NCBI GenBank assembly: GCA_947601445.1
Contig: CANQGD010000003.1
Location: 4,050-68,049 of the forward strand
Reading direction: 5' to 3'
Length of the DNA: 64,000 nucleotides
From: an uncultured Clostridia bacterium
GTDB lineage: Bacteria; Bacillota; Clostridia; Christensenellales; CAG-314
Shown here: piece after piece, positions 9,588 through 17,861 of the stretch
How positions within the stretch are numbered: position 1 is the stretch's first letter
Layout of the letters: each line of letters starts with the position of its first letter
Position numbers and translations under genes: made by a program
Notes under the pieces: model-generated
Seen by the model: the letters and a program-made list of their open reading frames with translations, nothing else
What the model was told of the DNA's origin: nothing
Database searches by the model: none

Positions 9588-10142
9588 ATGAACAAAGCTG
9601 TTGCGGTAGTGGGGATGTGCGGTTCCGGAAAGAGCGTTCTTTGCAAGTATTTTACGGAGCGCGGCTGGGATAGTGTTTATTTCGGCGGAGTTGCAGTTTC
9701 GCAATTGGTAAAAAACAATATTCCCGTAAACGAACTGAACGAGCGGCATATTCGTGAACAATTGCGCAAAGAATTGGGTATGGGTGCGTTTGCCATCATA
9801 CTCAAAGAAGAAATATTAGACAAATTGTCCCGCTCGAATGTGGTTTTGGACGGTTTGTACAGTTGGAGCGAGTATCTGATATTGAAAGAATTGCTCGGAG
9901 ACGAGCTTGTTGTTTTGGCTGTGGTCACCAACAGCGAGATACGCAAAGCGCGTTTGGCAAATCGAAACGTTCGTCCTCTTTCGGCGGAAATGGTAGACAG
10001 CCGCGACGTTGCCGAGATAGAACACTCCGAAAAGGGCGGTCCCATTGCCAAAGCCGACTATTACGTCACAAACAACGGCACCGAGGAGGAACTTAAAGCG
10101 CAATTCGAGCAGTTTATGCAGTGGCTCGAAAAACGTTTTTGA
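9588..10142 (+). CDS. P-loop nucleoside/nucleotide kinase family protein (dephospho-CoA-kinase-like)
   Basis: Walker A VVGMCGSGKS. The in-frame ATG at 9588 is preceded by AAAGGAGG. Confidence 0.6.
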   Translation: MNKAVAVVGMCGSGKSVLCKYFTERGWDSVYFGGVAVSQLVKNNIPVNELNERHIREQLRKELGMGAFAIILKEEILDKLSRSNVVLDGLYSWSEYLILKELLGDELVVLAVVTNSEIRKARLANRNVRPLSAEMVDSRDVAEIEHSEKGGPIAKADYYVTNNGTEEELKAQFEQFMQWLEKRF

Positions 10143-10186
10143 TCCGTTTATAAGTTGTCAGCAGTAAATGATAAAGCGCTTAAATA

Positions 10187-10222
10187 AATAACCGCTCGAT
10201 AAGTCGGGCGGTTATTGTTTTA
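10187..10222 (+). terminator. Rho-independent terminator
   Basis: Stem aataaccgc / gcggttatt followed by a T-rich run. Confidence 0.6.
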
Positions 10223-10407
10223 TAAACCGTTTCAAACAAAAAACGGTCAATCGCTTGTATTTTATCGAGGCGATACATACGTTTCGCGACTGTAATTAAC
10301 GCCGAAAAGCCTCAAGCAAATATTGCATCGGGTGTATAGTCCTCGGTATTGTTTGTGTCCGTCGCAAATCAATCGTCGGTGTGACGCGTCGACGTAACTT
10401 CGGGCTT

Positions 10408-10923
10408 TCAGTCGGGATTCCAATCGATAGAGTACTTGTCGTCGATGAGGAGATAGGGCGCATCGCACTCTTTGCAGCGGCAAAGAAAATAATCGTTGCA
10501 GCGTATCAACCGTTCAAGCTCCAAATCGCTGTCATCAAGGCGGTTTTCTATGTCGTTGGCGTGAGATTTTATTTTATCGAAGTTGGCGCGGATATACTTT
10601 TCGCTCATAATCAGGCACACAAAGCGTATGTCTCTCGTGTACCTTTCGTCGAAGTATTCGCGATAATTTGCGGGAATGTAGCACCCTTCAACGATTAGAT
10701 TTTGTTTGTTTTCTATGGCGGTTTTTATTATTTCTTTGGTTATATTCCACAGATAGGGGCGAAGCGCGTCAATATCCGTTGCGGTGATATGCGTAATTCC
10801 GCTGCGAATCAGTCCCATTTTTATCAAGTCCTGCGAAATACAGGCGTAGCCGTATCGTTTCACCAATTTGTCCGCAAGCAAAGTCTTTCCCGTGTGACTT
10901 GCGCCGCCGATCAACAATATCAT
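10408..10923 (-). CDS. P-loop ATPase/kinase family protein (2-phosphoglycerate-kinase-like)
   Basis: Walker A LIGGASHTGKTLLADKL at the N-terminus. Length 171 aa. Confidence 0.55.
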   Translation of the reverse strand: MILLIGGASHTGKTLLADKLVKRYGYACISQDLIKMGLIRSGITHITATDIDALRPYLWNITKEIIKTAIENKQNLIVEGCYIPANYREYFDERYTRDIRFVCLIMSEKYIRANFDKIKSHANDIENRLDDSDLELERLIRCNDYFLCRCKECDAPYLLIDDKYSIDWNPD

Positions 10924-10959
10924 TTTATACCTCTGTGTTTTCCCGTTTTGTCAAATTGT

Positions 10960-12354
10960 CTAACCCGCTTTTTGGGTATTTTTTTCGGGGTCGGACAAAA
11001 AGAATTTTATCAATATAGGCAAACTTATCGCTGCAGTCAGAAAATCCGAAATGGGCTGCGCAATTTGTATACCTACAAGTCCCCAAAGTGAGGTAACTAT
11101 CAATAAAAGCGGAATAAAAACCAATCCGGACCTCAAAAGCGCCAAAAATGACGCTATTCCCGCCTTTCGTATGCTTTGGTATGTCATATTAAGGGGTATA
11201 AACAGCGGCACAAACAGTTGTCCTAAAATTGCATATCGCATAGCCGGCGTGGCAAACTCCACAACGAGGGTTTCTTGTTGAAACAGTCTGACGAAAAATT
11301 CCGGAAAGATGATTATCGGCACGCCCAATACGATCACACAGCCGAAACATATTATGCAAGCAACCCACAATCCTTTTTTTACGCGATTGTATTTTTTCGC
11401 TTGATAGTTGAAGGACGCTACCGGCTGCAAGCCCTGACTGATTCCCATTCCCACGCACATTACAAAGTTGCTGATACGGTTTACAACCGTCATTCCGTCT
11501 ATTGCGGCGTCTGCCATTTCTTCGCTTACGGCATTGCCGTATTTGCCCGCAAGTTTGTTGAGCAATCCGCTGCTAAGCGAATTCAGTCCCTGCCTGATAA
11601 AGGAGGGGAAACCCGTTTTGAATATTTCCAAATAAAGCCTTCCGCTGCGGCTTATTTGGCGAAATGAAATCTTGCTTTGCGCAGTCTTGATAAACATCAC
11701 AAGCAGAATAACAAAGCTGATAATCTGCGAAATGGCAGTTGCCATGCCTGCGCCGAATACTCCCAAATTGCAGTAGCGTATAAACACAAAATCCATTCCC
11801 ATATTGAGCAATCCGCCGCTGACAAGTCCGAACATGGCGTAAAATGCTTTGCCTTCGTAGCGAAGATTGTTGTTCAGTATCAAACTGCAAATCATAAACG
11901 GACAGCTTATCAATACCCACATTCCATAATCTTCGGCATAGGGCAATATGGTATTGGTTGAACCGAGCAGTCTCATCAGAGGTGCCAACAACGCCAAACC
12001 CAACGCCGTAAACACCAATCCTATCGCCGCGCCCAAATAAAAAGCCGAAGAAACGTAGGAGGAGGCTTTTTTTACGTCTTTGTTGGCAAGTTCTTTGGAT
12101 ACGAAAGTACCCGAACCGTGTCCGAGCATAAATGCCACAGCCTGGATTATCGATTGCAAGGTAAACAGAATACCGATAGCCCCCTGTGCGCTTTTACCCA
12201 AGGTGCCCACAAAATAGGTGTCCGCCATATTGTAAATGTTGGTGATAAGCATACTTACGGTAGTAGGTATACCCAATCTCACAACAAGTTTCGCCACGGG
12301 GGTTTCCGTCATTTTTTTATAGTATAATTCCGCTGTTTCCTGCGATTTTTCCAT
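10960..12354 (-). CDS. MATE-family efflux transporter
   Basis: A 464-aa protein with about 12 predicted TM segments and a typical MATE N-terminus (YYKKMTETPVAKLVVRLGIPTTVSMLITNIYNMADTYFVG). Confidence 0.85.
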   Translation of the reverse strand: MEKSQETAELYYKKMTETPVAKLVVRLGIPTTVSMLITNIYNMADTYFVGTLGKSAQGAIGILFTLQSIIQAVAFMLGHGSGTFVSKELANKDVKKASSYVSSAFYLGAAIGLVFTALGLALLAPLMRLLGSTNTILPYAEDYGMWVLISCPFMICSLILNNNLRYEGKAFYAMFGLVSGGLLNMGMDFVFIRYCNLGVFGAGMATAISQIISFVILLVMFIKTAQSKISFRQISRSGRLYLEIFKTGFPSFIRQGLNSLSSGLLNKLAGKYGNAVSEEMADAAIDGMTVVNRISNFVMCVGMGISQGLQPVASFNYQAKKYNRVKKGLWVACIICFGCVIVLGVPIIIFPEFFVRLFQQETLVVEFATPAMRYAILGQLFVPLFIPLNMTYQSIRKAGIASFLALLRSGLVFIPLLLIVTSLWGLVGIQIAQPISDFLTAAISLPILIKFFLSDPEKNTQKAG

Positions 12355-12477
12355 ACAAACTATTTTACTACCCTACAATAAATATGTCAACAGAGCATGA
12401 CTTGTTTCAATTGTGCAAAAACTCTTTTCACAAGCGTTTTTGTGTGATATAATTTTTTCTGTATTCGGGAGGAAATT

Positions 12478-12921
12478 GTGAAAGCAGTCATTCAACGTGT
12501 AAATTGCGCCGAATTGTCGGTTAAAAATTCTGTCGTATCGCGGATAGGCAAAGGCTTGGTAGTGTACTTTTGCGTGGAAAGGGACGACGCTGTTTCCGCA
12601 TGCGATTTGTTTGCCGAAAAACTTTCCAAATTGCGGATTTTCGAGGACGAACAGGGCAAGATGAATCTTTCGGTGCGCGACGTCAACGGCGAGGTACTGT
12701 TTGTATCGCAATTTACTCTTGCCGCGGATGTTTCTCACGGCAATCGCCCCGGATTTTCCGCCGCGGAGCTGCCCGATCGAGCCAACGAGCTGTATCTGTA
12801 CACTGCAAACAAACTCGTATCTTTGGGAGTGCCTACCGAATTGGGCGTATTCGGGGCGGATATGACGATAGATCAGCAAAACGCCGGTCCCGTCACCATA
12901 ATATGGGAGAGTAAAAGATGA
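12478..12921 (+). CDS. dtd: D-aminoacyl-tRNA deacylase
   Basis: MKAVIQRV..., SQFTLAAD and GPVTI motifs. GTG start preceded by GGGAGG, with an extended -10 (TGaTATAAT) upstream. Confidence 0.9.
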   Translation: MKAVIQRVNCAELSVKNSVVSRIGKGLVVYFCVERDDAVSACDLFAEKLSKLRIFEDEQGKMNLSVRDVNGEVLFVSQFTLAADVSHGNRPGFSAAELPDRANELYLYTANKLVSLGVPTELGVFGADMTIDQQNAGPVTIIWESKR

Positions 12922-14111
12922 AAAGTCTGCGTCATTTGTACAAAATCGGAGTAGGACCGTCCTCCTCTCACACAATGGGTCCCGTCAAGGCGACGGAAAG
13001 ATTTTTGTCCGAACACGACGATTGCGACAGCTATACCGTTACTTTGATGGGGTCGCTTGCCATGACGGGCGAGGGACACGGAACGGACGCGGCGATCAAA
13101 CGCGCCTTCGGCAACAGACCGGTGGAGGTTGTATTTGACAAACAAACAAAATGCGTTCATCCTAACACTATGGAGTTTGTGGGATTCAAAGAAGGTTGTG
13201 CGCCGCAACGTATGCAAATTTTCAGTATCGGCGGCGGAGATATTCTCATCGCGGGGGAAAATATCAGCGAAGGCGAGGACGTATACAAACAGAATACTTT
13301 CGAAGAAATAAAAAATTATTGCAAAAAACGCGATTTGCGTTTGTGGCAATACGCCGTCGATTGCGAAGGTAAAGAAATTTTGGATTATATGCGGCAAATT
13401 TGGCAGGTAATGCAAAATTGCATTGTCGAAGGTTTGTCCGCCGAGGGAGTATTGCCGGGAGGACTCAATGTACAACGCCGTGCAAAAAAATTGCTCAACG
13501 AGCAAAGCGACATCACGCGCCACACGCGTCGTGACAGAATTGTCGCAAGCTACGCGTTTGCGGTGGGAGAACAAAATGCTTCCGGCGGCACAGTCGTGAC
13601 CGCTCCCACATGCGGTTCGTCGGGTGTGTTGCCTGCCGTATTGGTATATGCCAAGCAGCAACAGGACTACTCCGACGGGGATATTTGCCGAGCGTTGCTT
13701 ACTGCGGGGATAGTGGGCAACGTGGTAAAAACCAACGCGTCCATTTCGGGTGCGGAATGCGGTTGTCAGGCGGAAATAGGCACTGCGTGCGCAATGGCGG
13801 CGGCAGCGCTTGCGGAGTTGTATCAAATGAGTTTGGACGAAATAGAGTACAGCGCCGAAGTGGCATTGGAACATCAATTGGGACTCACATGCGATCCCGT
13901 CAACGGTTTGGTACAGATTCCGTGTATCGAACGCAACGCGGTTGGAGCAATGCGTGCCATAAATGCGGTAAGCCTCGCCACATTTCTTGCAGACAGCAGA
14001 AAAATCAGTTTCGACACCGTTGTGAAAGTGATGTACGAGACAGGCAAAGACATCTCCGAAAAATATCGCGAAACTTCTGTCGGCGGGCTTGCCAAGATTT
14101 ACAAAAGGTAA
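12918..14111 (+). CDS. L-serine ammonia-lyase (iron-sulfur dependent, single-chain type)
   Basis: N-terminal KIGVGPSSSHTMGP and TAPTCGSSGVLPAVL motifs. It overlaps the dtd stop codon by 4 nt. Confidence 0.85.
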   Translation: MKSLRHLYKIGVGPSSSHTMGPVKATERFLSEHDDCDSYTVTLMGSLAMTGEGHGTDAAIKRAFGNRPVEVVFDKQTKCVHPNTMEFVGFKEGCAPQRMQIFSIGGGDILIAGENISEGEDVYKQNTFEEIKNYCKKRDLRLWQYAVDCEGKEILDYMRQIWQVMQNCIVEGLSAEGVLPGGLNVQRRAKKLLNEQSDITRHTRRDRIVASYAFAVGEQNASGGTVVTAPTCGSSGVLPAVLVYAKQQQDYSDGDICRALLTAGIVGNVVKTNASISGAECGCQAEIGTACAMAAAALAELYQMSLDEIEYSAEVALEHQLGLTCDPVNGLVQIPCIERNAVGAMRAINAVSLATFLADSRKISFDTVVKVMYETGKDISEKYRETSVGGLAKIYKR

Positions 14112-14126
14112 CTCGTTAAAATTTTT

Positions 14127-14153
14127 GCCGTCGCTACGGGCGACGGCTTTTTC
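14127..14153 (+). terminator. Rho-independent terminator
   Basis: Stem gccgtcgc / gcgacggc followed by T5. Confidence 0.75.
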
Positions 14154-14400
14154 GTTGTTATCCCGCTTCGGCGCCTGCCGTACCGAAAAAACGTTATACG
14201 TAATGAGTTTATTTTATCCATATTAGCAAGTGTTGGCTTTCATAAGGGTTTTAGCACAATACTTGTTCCGTCTCCGTTTCGAAATACGTCAAAAAAAACA
14301 AAACCGTTTTTCAAAACGCGTAAATTTTTCAAAACATATTTACTTGTTCGGTAAATTGTAGTATACTACTCTGTACGAAATAATTTCGGGAGAAAAAGAT

Positions 14401-17052
14401 ATGACGCAACAAAGAAAACTCAAACTTGCGTTGTCGCTGACGCTTATTGCGGCGCTTGCGCTTGCATTGGTTTTGCCTTTTGCAACATGCGTTACCGCAA
14501 ATGCGGCTCCGCCCGTTGTGCCCGACAAGGACACTTGGGTCAACACATACGACGGCACATATTATGACAATCTCAACACCGATTTGACGGGATCGGCGTT
14601 TCGCAGTGAATTGGCAAGGTTGATAGGCCCCACATCCGAGGGAGGTACCCATAAAACGCTCACTCGTTACGACGACCTGGGCGGGTATTACAAAAAGACT
14701 GATGTAGACCCCAAAAATTCCAACAATTTTATAATGTTTTATACCGGAACAAGCGTAAAATGGCCGGGTAATTTTTCGGGAGTAATAAACAGAGAACACG
14801 TGTGGCCCAAAGACGGTGGCAAAGCGTTTCCCGAAAAAACAGGTCCGGGCGGCGATTTACAGCATATTCGTCCCTGTGACAACAACCTTAACAGTACGAG
14901 GGGCAGCAAGTCTTACGACGAACTTACTCCGGGTTCTTCCGGCGTAAAAGTAGTTGCCGAAAATGGCAGTACAAGTTACGGCAAGGGCGAAGGACTCTGT
15001 TATACTAACAGCACGTTCTTCTATCCGGCTAAGGGTTATCGTGGTGCAACGGCGCGTATACTGTTCTATTTGCAAACGCGTTGGGGCGATGATTATAACC
15101 TGACTTTTGTGGATGGCTCCGGCAGCAATAAAACTATTGGTAAAATTTCCACTTTGCTTAAATGGCATATCGAAGAACCGCCCACAGATCAGGAAATTCT
15201 GCGCAACAATGAAGCGGCAAAAATTCAGGGCAACCGCAATCCCTTTATCGATCATCCCGAGTATGCTGAGATGATCTACTGCAACGACGGCAAAAGCTAC
15301 AACAATGCGCTCAACAACGTGGTGGCGCAGTACGGAAGTTATCTCGACAATTCAAATCCCACGGTACAGCCCGAGAGCATAACTCTTGCTCCCGCCTCGC
15401 TCGATCTTGTAAAGGGCAATTCGCAGACGGTTACCGCTACCGTATTGCCGGCAGGAGCTTCTCAAAAAGTCAATTGGAAAACGAACAACGATACCGTCGC
15501 GACGGTAAACAACGGCGTTGTGTACGCTGTGGGAAAAGGCAGCACGACGATTACCGTTACCAGCGCGGTAAATCCCGAAATAGAGACAACGCTCAACGTC
15601 ACGGTAAAGGAACCCGAGTTGCAGTCTTTGAGGATTTCACCCGACAGTCTTTCTCTCGTCGAGGGAGGATCATATCAATTGACGGTTATCGCTTCGCCTG
15701 CGGGAGCAAGCAATTCCGTCGAGTGGAGCAGCGATAAAGATGAAGTGGCGACGGTTAGCCCGATTGGGTTGGTTACGGCAGGAAGCAAAGGCAGCGCGAC
15801 AATAACCGCCACAAGCACGGTAAACAATTCCGTTAAAGCCACGATCAATGTCACCGTTACGGAGCAGGTAGCTCCTCCTCCGACTCTTGCCTCACTGACG
15901 ATCTCTCCCGACAGACTTTCTCTCACTCGGGGAGAAACGGCTCAATTGATGGTTACCGCTTCGCCGGCGGGCACAAGCAATTCCGTCACTTGGAAAAGTC
16001 AAAACGATGGAGTGGCAACCGTCGATCAAAGCGGATTGGTAAAAGCGGTGACGGCAGGTATCGCAACTATAACGGCGACAAGCACGGTAAACAGCAATAT
16101 AACCCAAAGTATAACGGTAACAGTCACCGAAAAAGTTGTTGTTCCGCCCACTCCCGAGCTGCAATATTTGACGATTTCACCCTCCGAGCTTACGTTCGGA
16201 CCGGGAGATACATGCCTGCTTACCGTTACCGCATTTCCTGCGGGTACAAGCAATTCCGTCACGTGGAAAAGCGGAAACATTCAGGTGGCGACTGTCAGTC
16301 CCGACGGATTGGTAAAAGCGGTGGCGGCAGGTACCGCAACTATAACGGCAACAAGCACGGTAAACGGCAGTATATCCGAAAGCATAACAGTAACGGTAAC
16401 TGCGGACACAGTCACTCCCGATCCCCCGGGACCCGACGAACCGCCGACGTTGCAGTCTTTGACAATATTGCCGAAAGATTCTGCTCTCACTTTGACGCAA
16501 GGAGACAGTTTCCTTCTTTCCGTTACCGCTTCGCCTGCGGGAGCGAGCAATTCCGTTACTTGGTCGAGCAGCGACAGTCAAGTGGCTGATGTGGATTCTC
16601 ACGGCAACGTAAGGGCAATCGGAGCGGGAACAGCCGTCATTACGGCAACAAGCAATGTAAACGCCTCTGTTTCTGCAAAGATACAGATCAATGTAAAATC
16701 TTCCGTACCCGACATACCCGACCCGCCCAAACCGGACGACCCCGAGGATGAAGGAGAGGACTTCAAAGCAGCTGTTGCCGCAATAGCAGGCAAAACGTCT
16801 CTTTCCGATAGATACGACGCTTTGTTGAAAGCAATCGAAGAATACAACAAACTAAGCGATGAAATCAAACAAACCGTTGCCGAGCAGTATTCGGTGTTGA
16901 ATGAGGAAATAGAACGGTACAACTCCGACATTCAGCTTTACAACAACGAATTTCAAGTCGCAACTGACTTTGCGTCGCAAATTGCGGCGGCGTCGGTAAC
17001 TGCCGTATTGTTGGCGGTAGCAGTAATAGTACTCAAACGTACGGGGAGATAG
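14401..17052 (+). CDS. Extracellular endonuclease-I-family nuclease fused to five Big_2 domains, with a C-terminal coiled region and TM anchor
   Basis: Signal peptide (LALSLTLIAALALALVLPFATCVTANA). Nuclease motifs REHVWPKDGG and DLQHIRPCDNNLNSTRGSKSY. Five ~85-aa repeats of the form ISP..L.L..G....L.V.A.PAG.SNSV.W.S....VATV...G.V.A...G.ATITATS. C-terminal hydrophobic segment AAASVTAVLLAVAVIVL. Confidence 0.8.
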   Translation: MTQQRKLKLALSLTLIAALALALVLPFATCVTANAAPPVVPDKDTWVNTYDGTYYDNLNTDLTGSAFRSELARLIGPTSEGGTHKTLTRYDDLGGYYKKTDVDPKNSNNFIMFYTGTSVKWPGNFSGVINREHVWPKDGGKAFPEKTGPGGDLQHIRPCDNNLNSTRGSKSYDELTPGSSGVKVVAENGSTSYGKGEGLCYTNSTFFYPAKGYRGATARILFYLQTRWGDDYNLTFVDGSGSNKTIGKISTLLKWHIEEPPTDQEILRNNEAAKIQGNRNPFIDHPEYAEMIYCNDGKSYNNALNNVVAQYGSYLDNSNPTVQPESITLAPASLDLVKGNSQTVTATVLPAGASQKVNWKTNNDTVATVNNGVVYAVGKGSTTITVTSAVNPEIETTLNVTVKEPELQSLRISPDSLSLVEGGSYQLTVIASPAGASNSVEWSSDKDEVATVSPIGLVTAGSKGSATITATSTVNNSVKATINVTVTEQVAPPPTLASLTISPDRLSLTRGETAQLMVTASPAGTSNSVTWKSQNDGVATVDQSGLVKAVTAGIATITATSTVNSNITQSITVTVTEKVVVPPTPELQYLTISPSELTFGPGDTCLLTVTAFPAGTSNSVTWKSGNIQVATVSPDGLVKAVAAGTATITATSTVNGSISESITVTVTADTVTPDPPGPDEPPTLQSLTILPKDSALTLTQGDSFLLSVTASPAGASNSVTWSSSDSQVADVDSHGNVRAIGAGTAVITATSNVNASVSAKIQINVKSSVPDIPDPPKPDDPEDEGEDFKAAVAAIAGKTSLSDRYDALLKAIEEYNKLSDEIKQTVAEQYSVLNEEIERYNSDIQLYNNEFQVATDFASQIAAASVTAVLLAVAVIVLKRTGR
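15370..16696 (+). repeat. Five tandem Big_2 (bacterial Ig-like) coding repeats
   Basis: Period about 255-270 nt. The repeats are conserved at the protein level, and repeats 2-5 also share short nucleotide stretches. Confidence 0.8.
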
Positions 17053-17056
17053 CGCA

Positions 17057-17647
17057 ATGAAAAAAACATTTTTTGTAATCATCACGCTCGTGCTTGCAAT
17101 GGTATGCTGCGTGGCTTGTACCGATCAAGGCGGATACAAGGCTATCGAAGAAGCCTTTGAAAAACAATATTCCAATGTGAATATAAACGTTACCGTCGCA
17201 AAAGACGGCGTAACGCTCAAAGGAGAGTACAAACTGAGTTTGTGGTATAACGGTAATCAAATTAGCTACGCCACGGTAGATTATTCTTACGATGAACTTA
17301 ACAAACTCAGTCTCGACGGAAACAACGGCGAAAGCTACATTACGGTAGTAAGCGGACAAAAAAAGGTGTCCGACGGCAAGTTGGATTCCGTTGAAATCAA
17401 CGGTATTCATCTCGACTACGGCGGATTCCGCTTTAAGACGGATTATTTTGAAAATGTCTATCTGTCCGAAACGGTATTCGAAACGGACGTCGTCGATGTA
17501 AAAAGTTTTGTCGGCAACGACGCGTTCGGAGGAACCGACATGCATGTCAGATTGACGTATTCTCCCGAACAGTTGGAAACGGTTTCTATAACCTACATCT
17601 CCGCAACCGGAGCCAAAGTATCCGTGAATTACAGCTTTACGCTGTAA
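17057..17647 (+). CDS. Small secreted protein or lipoprotein, unknown function
   Basis: N-terminal MKKTFFVIITLVLAMVCCVAC followed by a beta-rich 170-aa body. It starts 4 nt after the nuclease stop, so the two are co-transcribed. Confidence 0.6.
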   Translation: MKKTFFVIITLVLAMVCCVACTDQGGYKAIEEAFEKQYSNVNINVTVAKDGVTLKGEYKLSLWYNGNQISYATVDYSYDELNKLSLDGNNGESYITVVSGQKKVSDGKLDSVEINGIHLDYGGFRFKTDYFENVYLSETVFETDVVDVKSFVGNDAFGGTDMHVRLTYSPEQLETVSITYISATGAKVSVNYSFTL

Positions 17648-17663
17648 AAACAACAAAAGATTT

Positions 17664-17694
17664 GCCGTCGGCAATGCCGACGGCTTTTTGTTTT
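17664..17694 (+). terminator. Rho-independent terminator after the nuclease-lipoprotein operon
   Basis: Stem gccgtcggc / gccgacggc followed by TTTTTGTTTT. Confidence 0.8.
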
Positions 17695-17744
17695 ATGATT
17701 ATATAATAATTTATATTTTCAAAATAAGATTTTTTTTGATAAAA

Positions 17745-17830
17745 AAACAGAAAATTTACTTGAAATTTACTTGACGGTACTAAAATCCTCGTTAGAGTGA
17801 TATTTTGCGCGGATATTTTGCGCAAAAAAT
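17745..17830 (+). promoter_or_regulatory. Repeat-rich control region upstream of the giant gene
   Basis: Direct repeat aatttacttga x2 (about 17750..17776). Direct repeat gatattttgcgc x2 (17799..17810 and 17812..17823), the second extending into the 12-bp palindrome ttttgcgcaaaa. Confidence 0.4.
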
Positions 17831-17861
17831 TTGTAAATTCATCTTGAAAAGGTAAATATCT

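Noticed and set aside
12373-13877. Minus-strand ORFs of 200 aa and 334 aa opposite dtd and the serine dehydratase gene.
   Set aside because: The plus-strand genes have diagnostic motifs, so the minus-strand frames are shadow ORFs.
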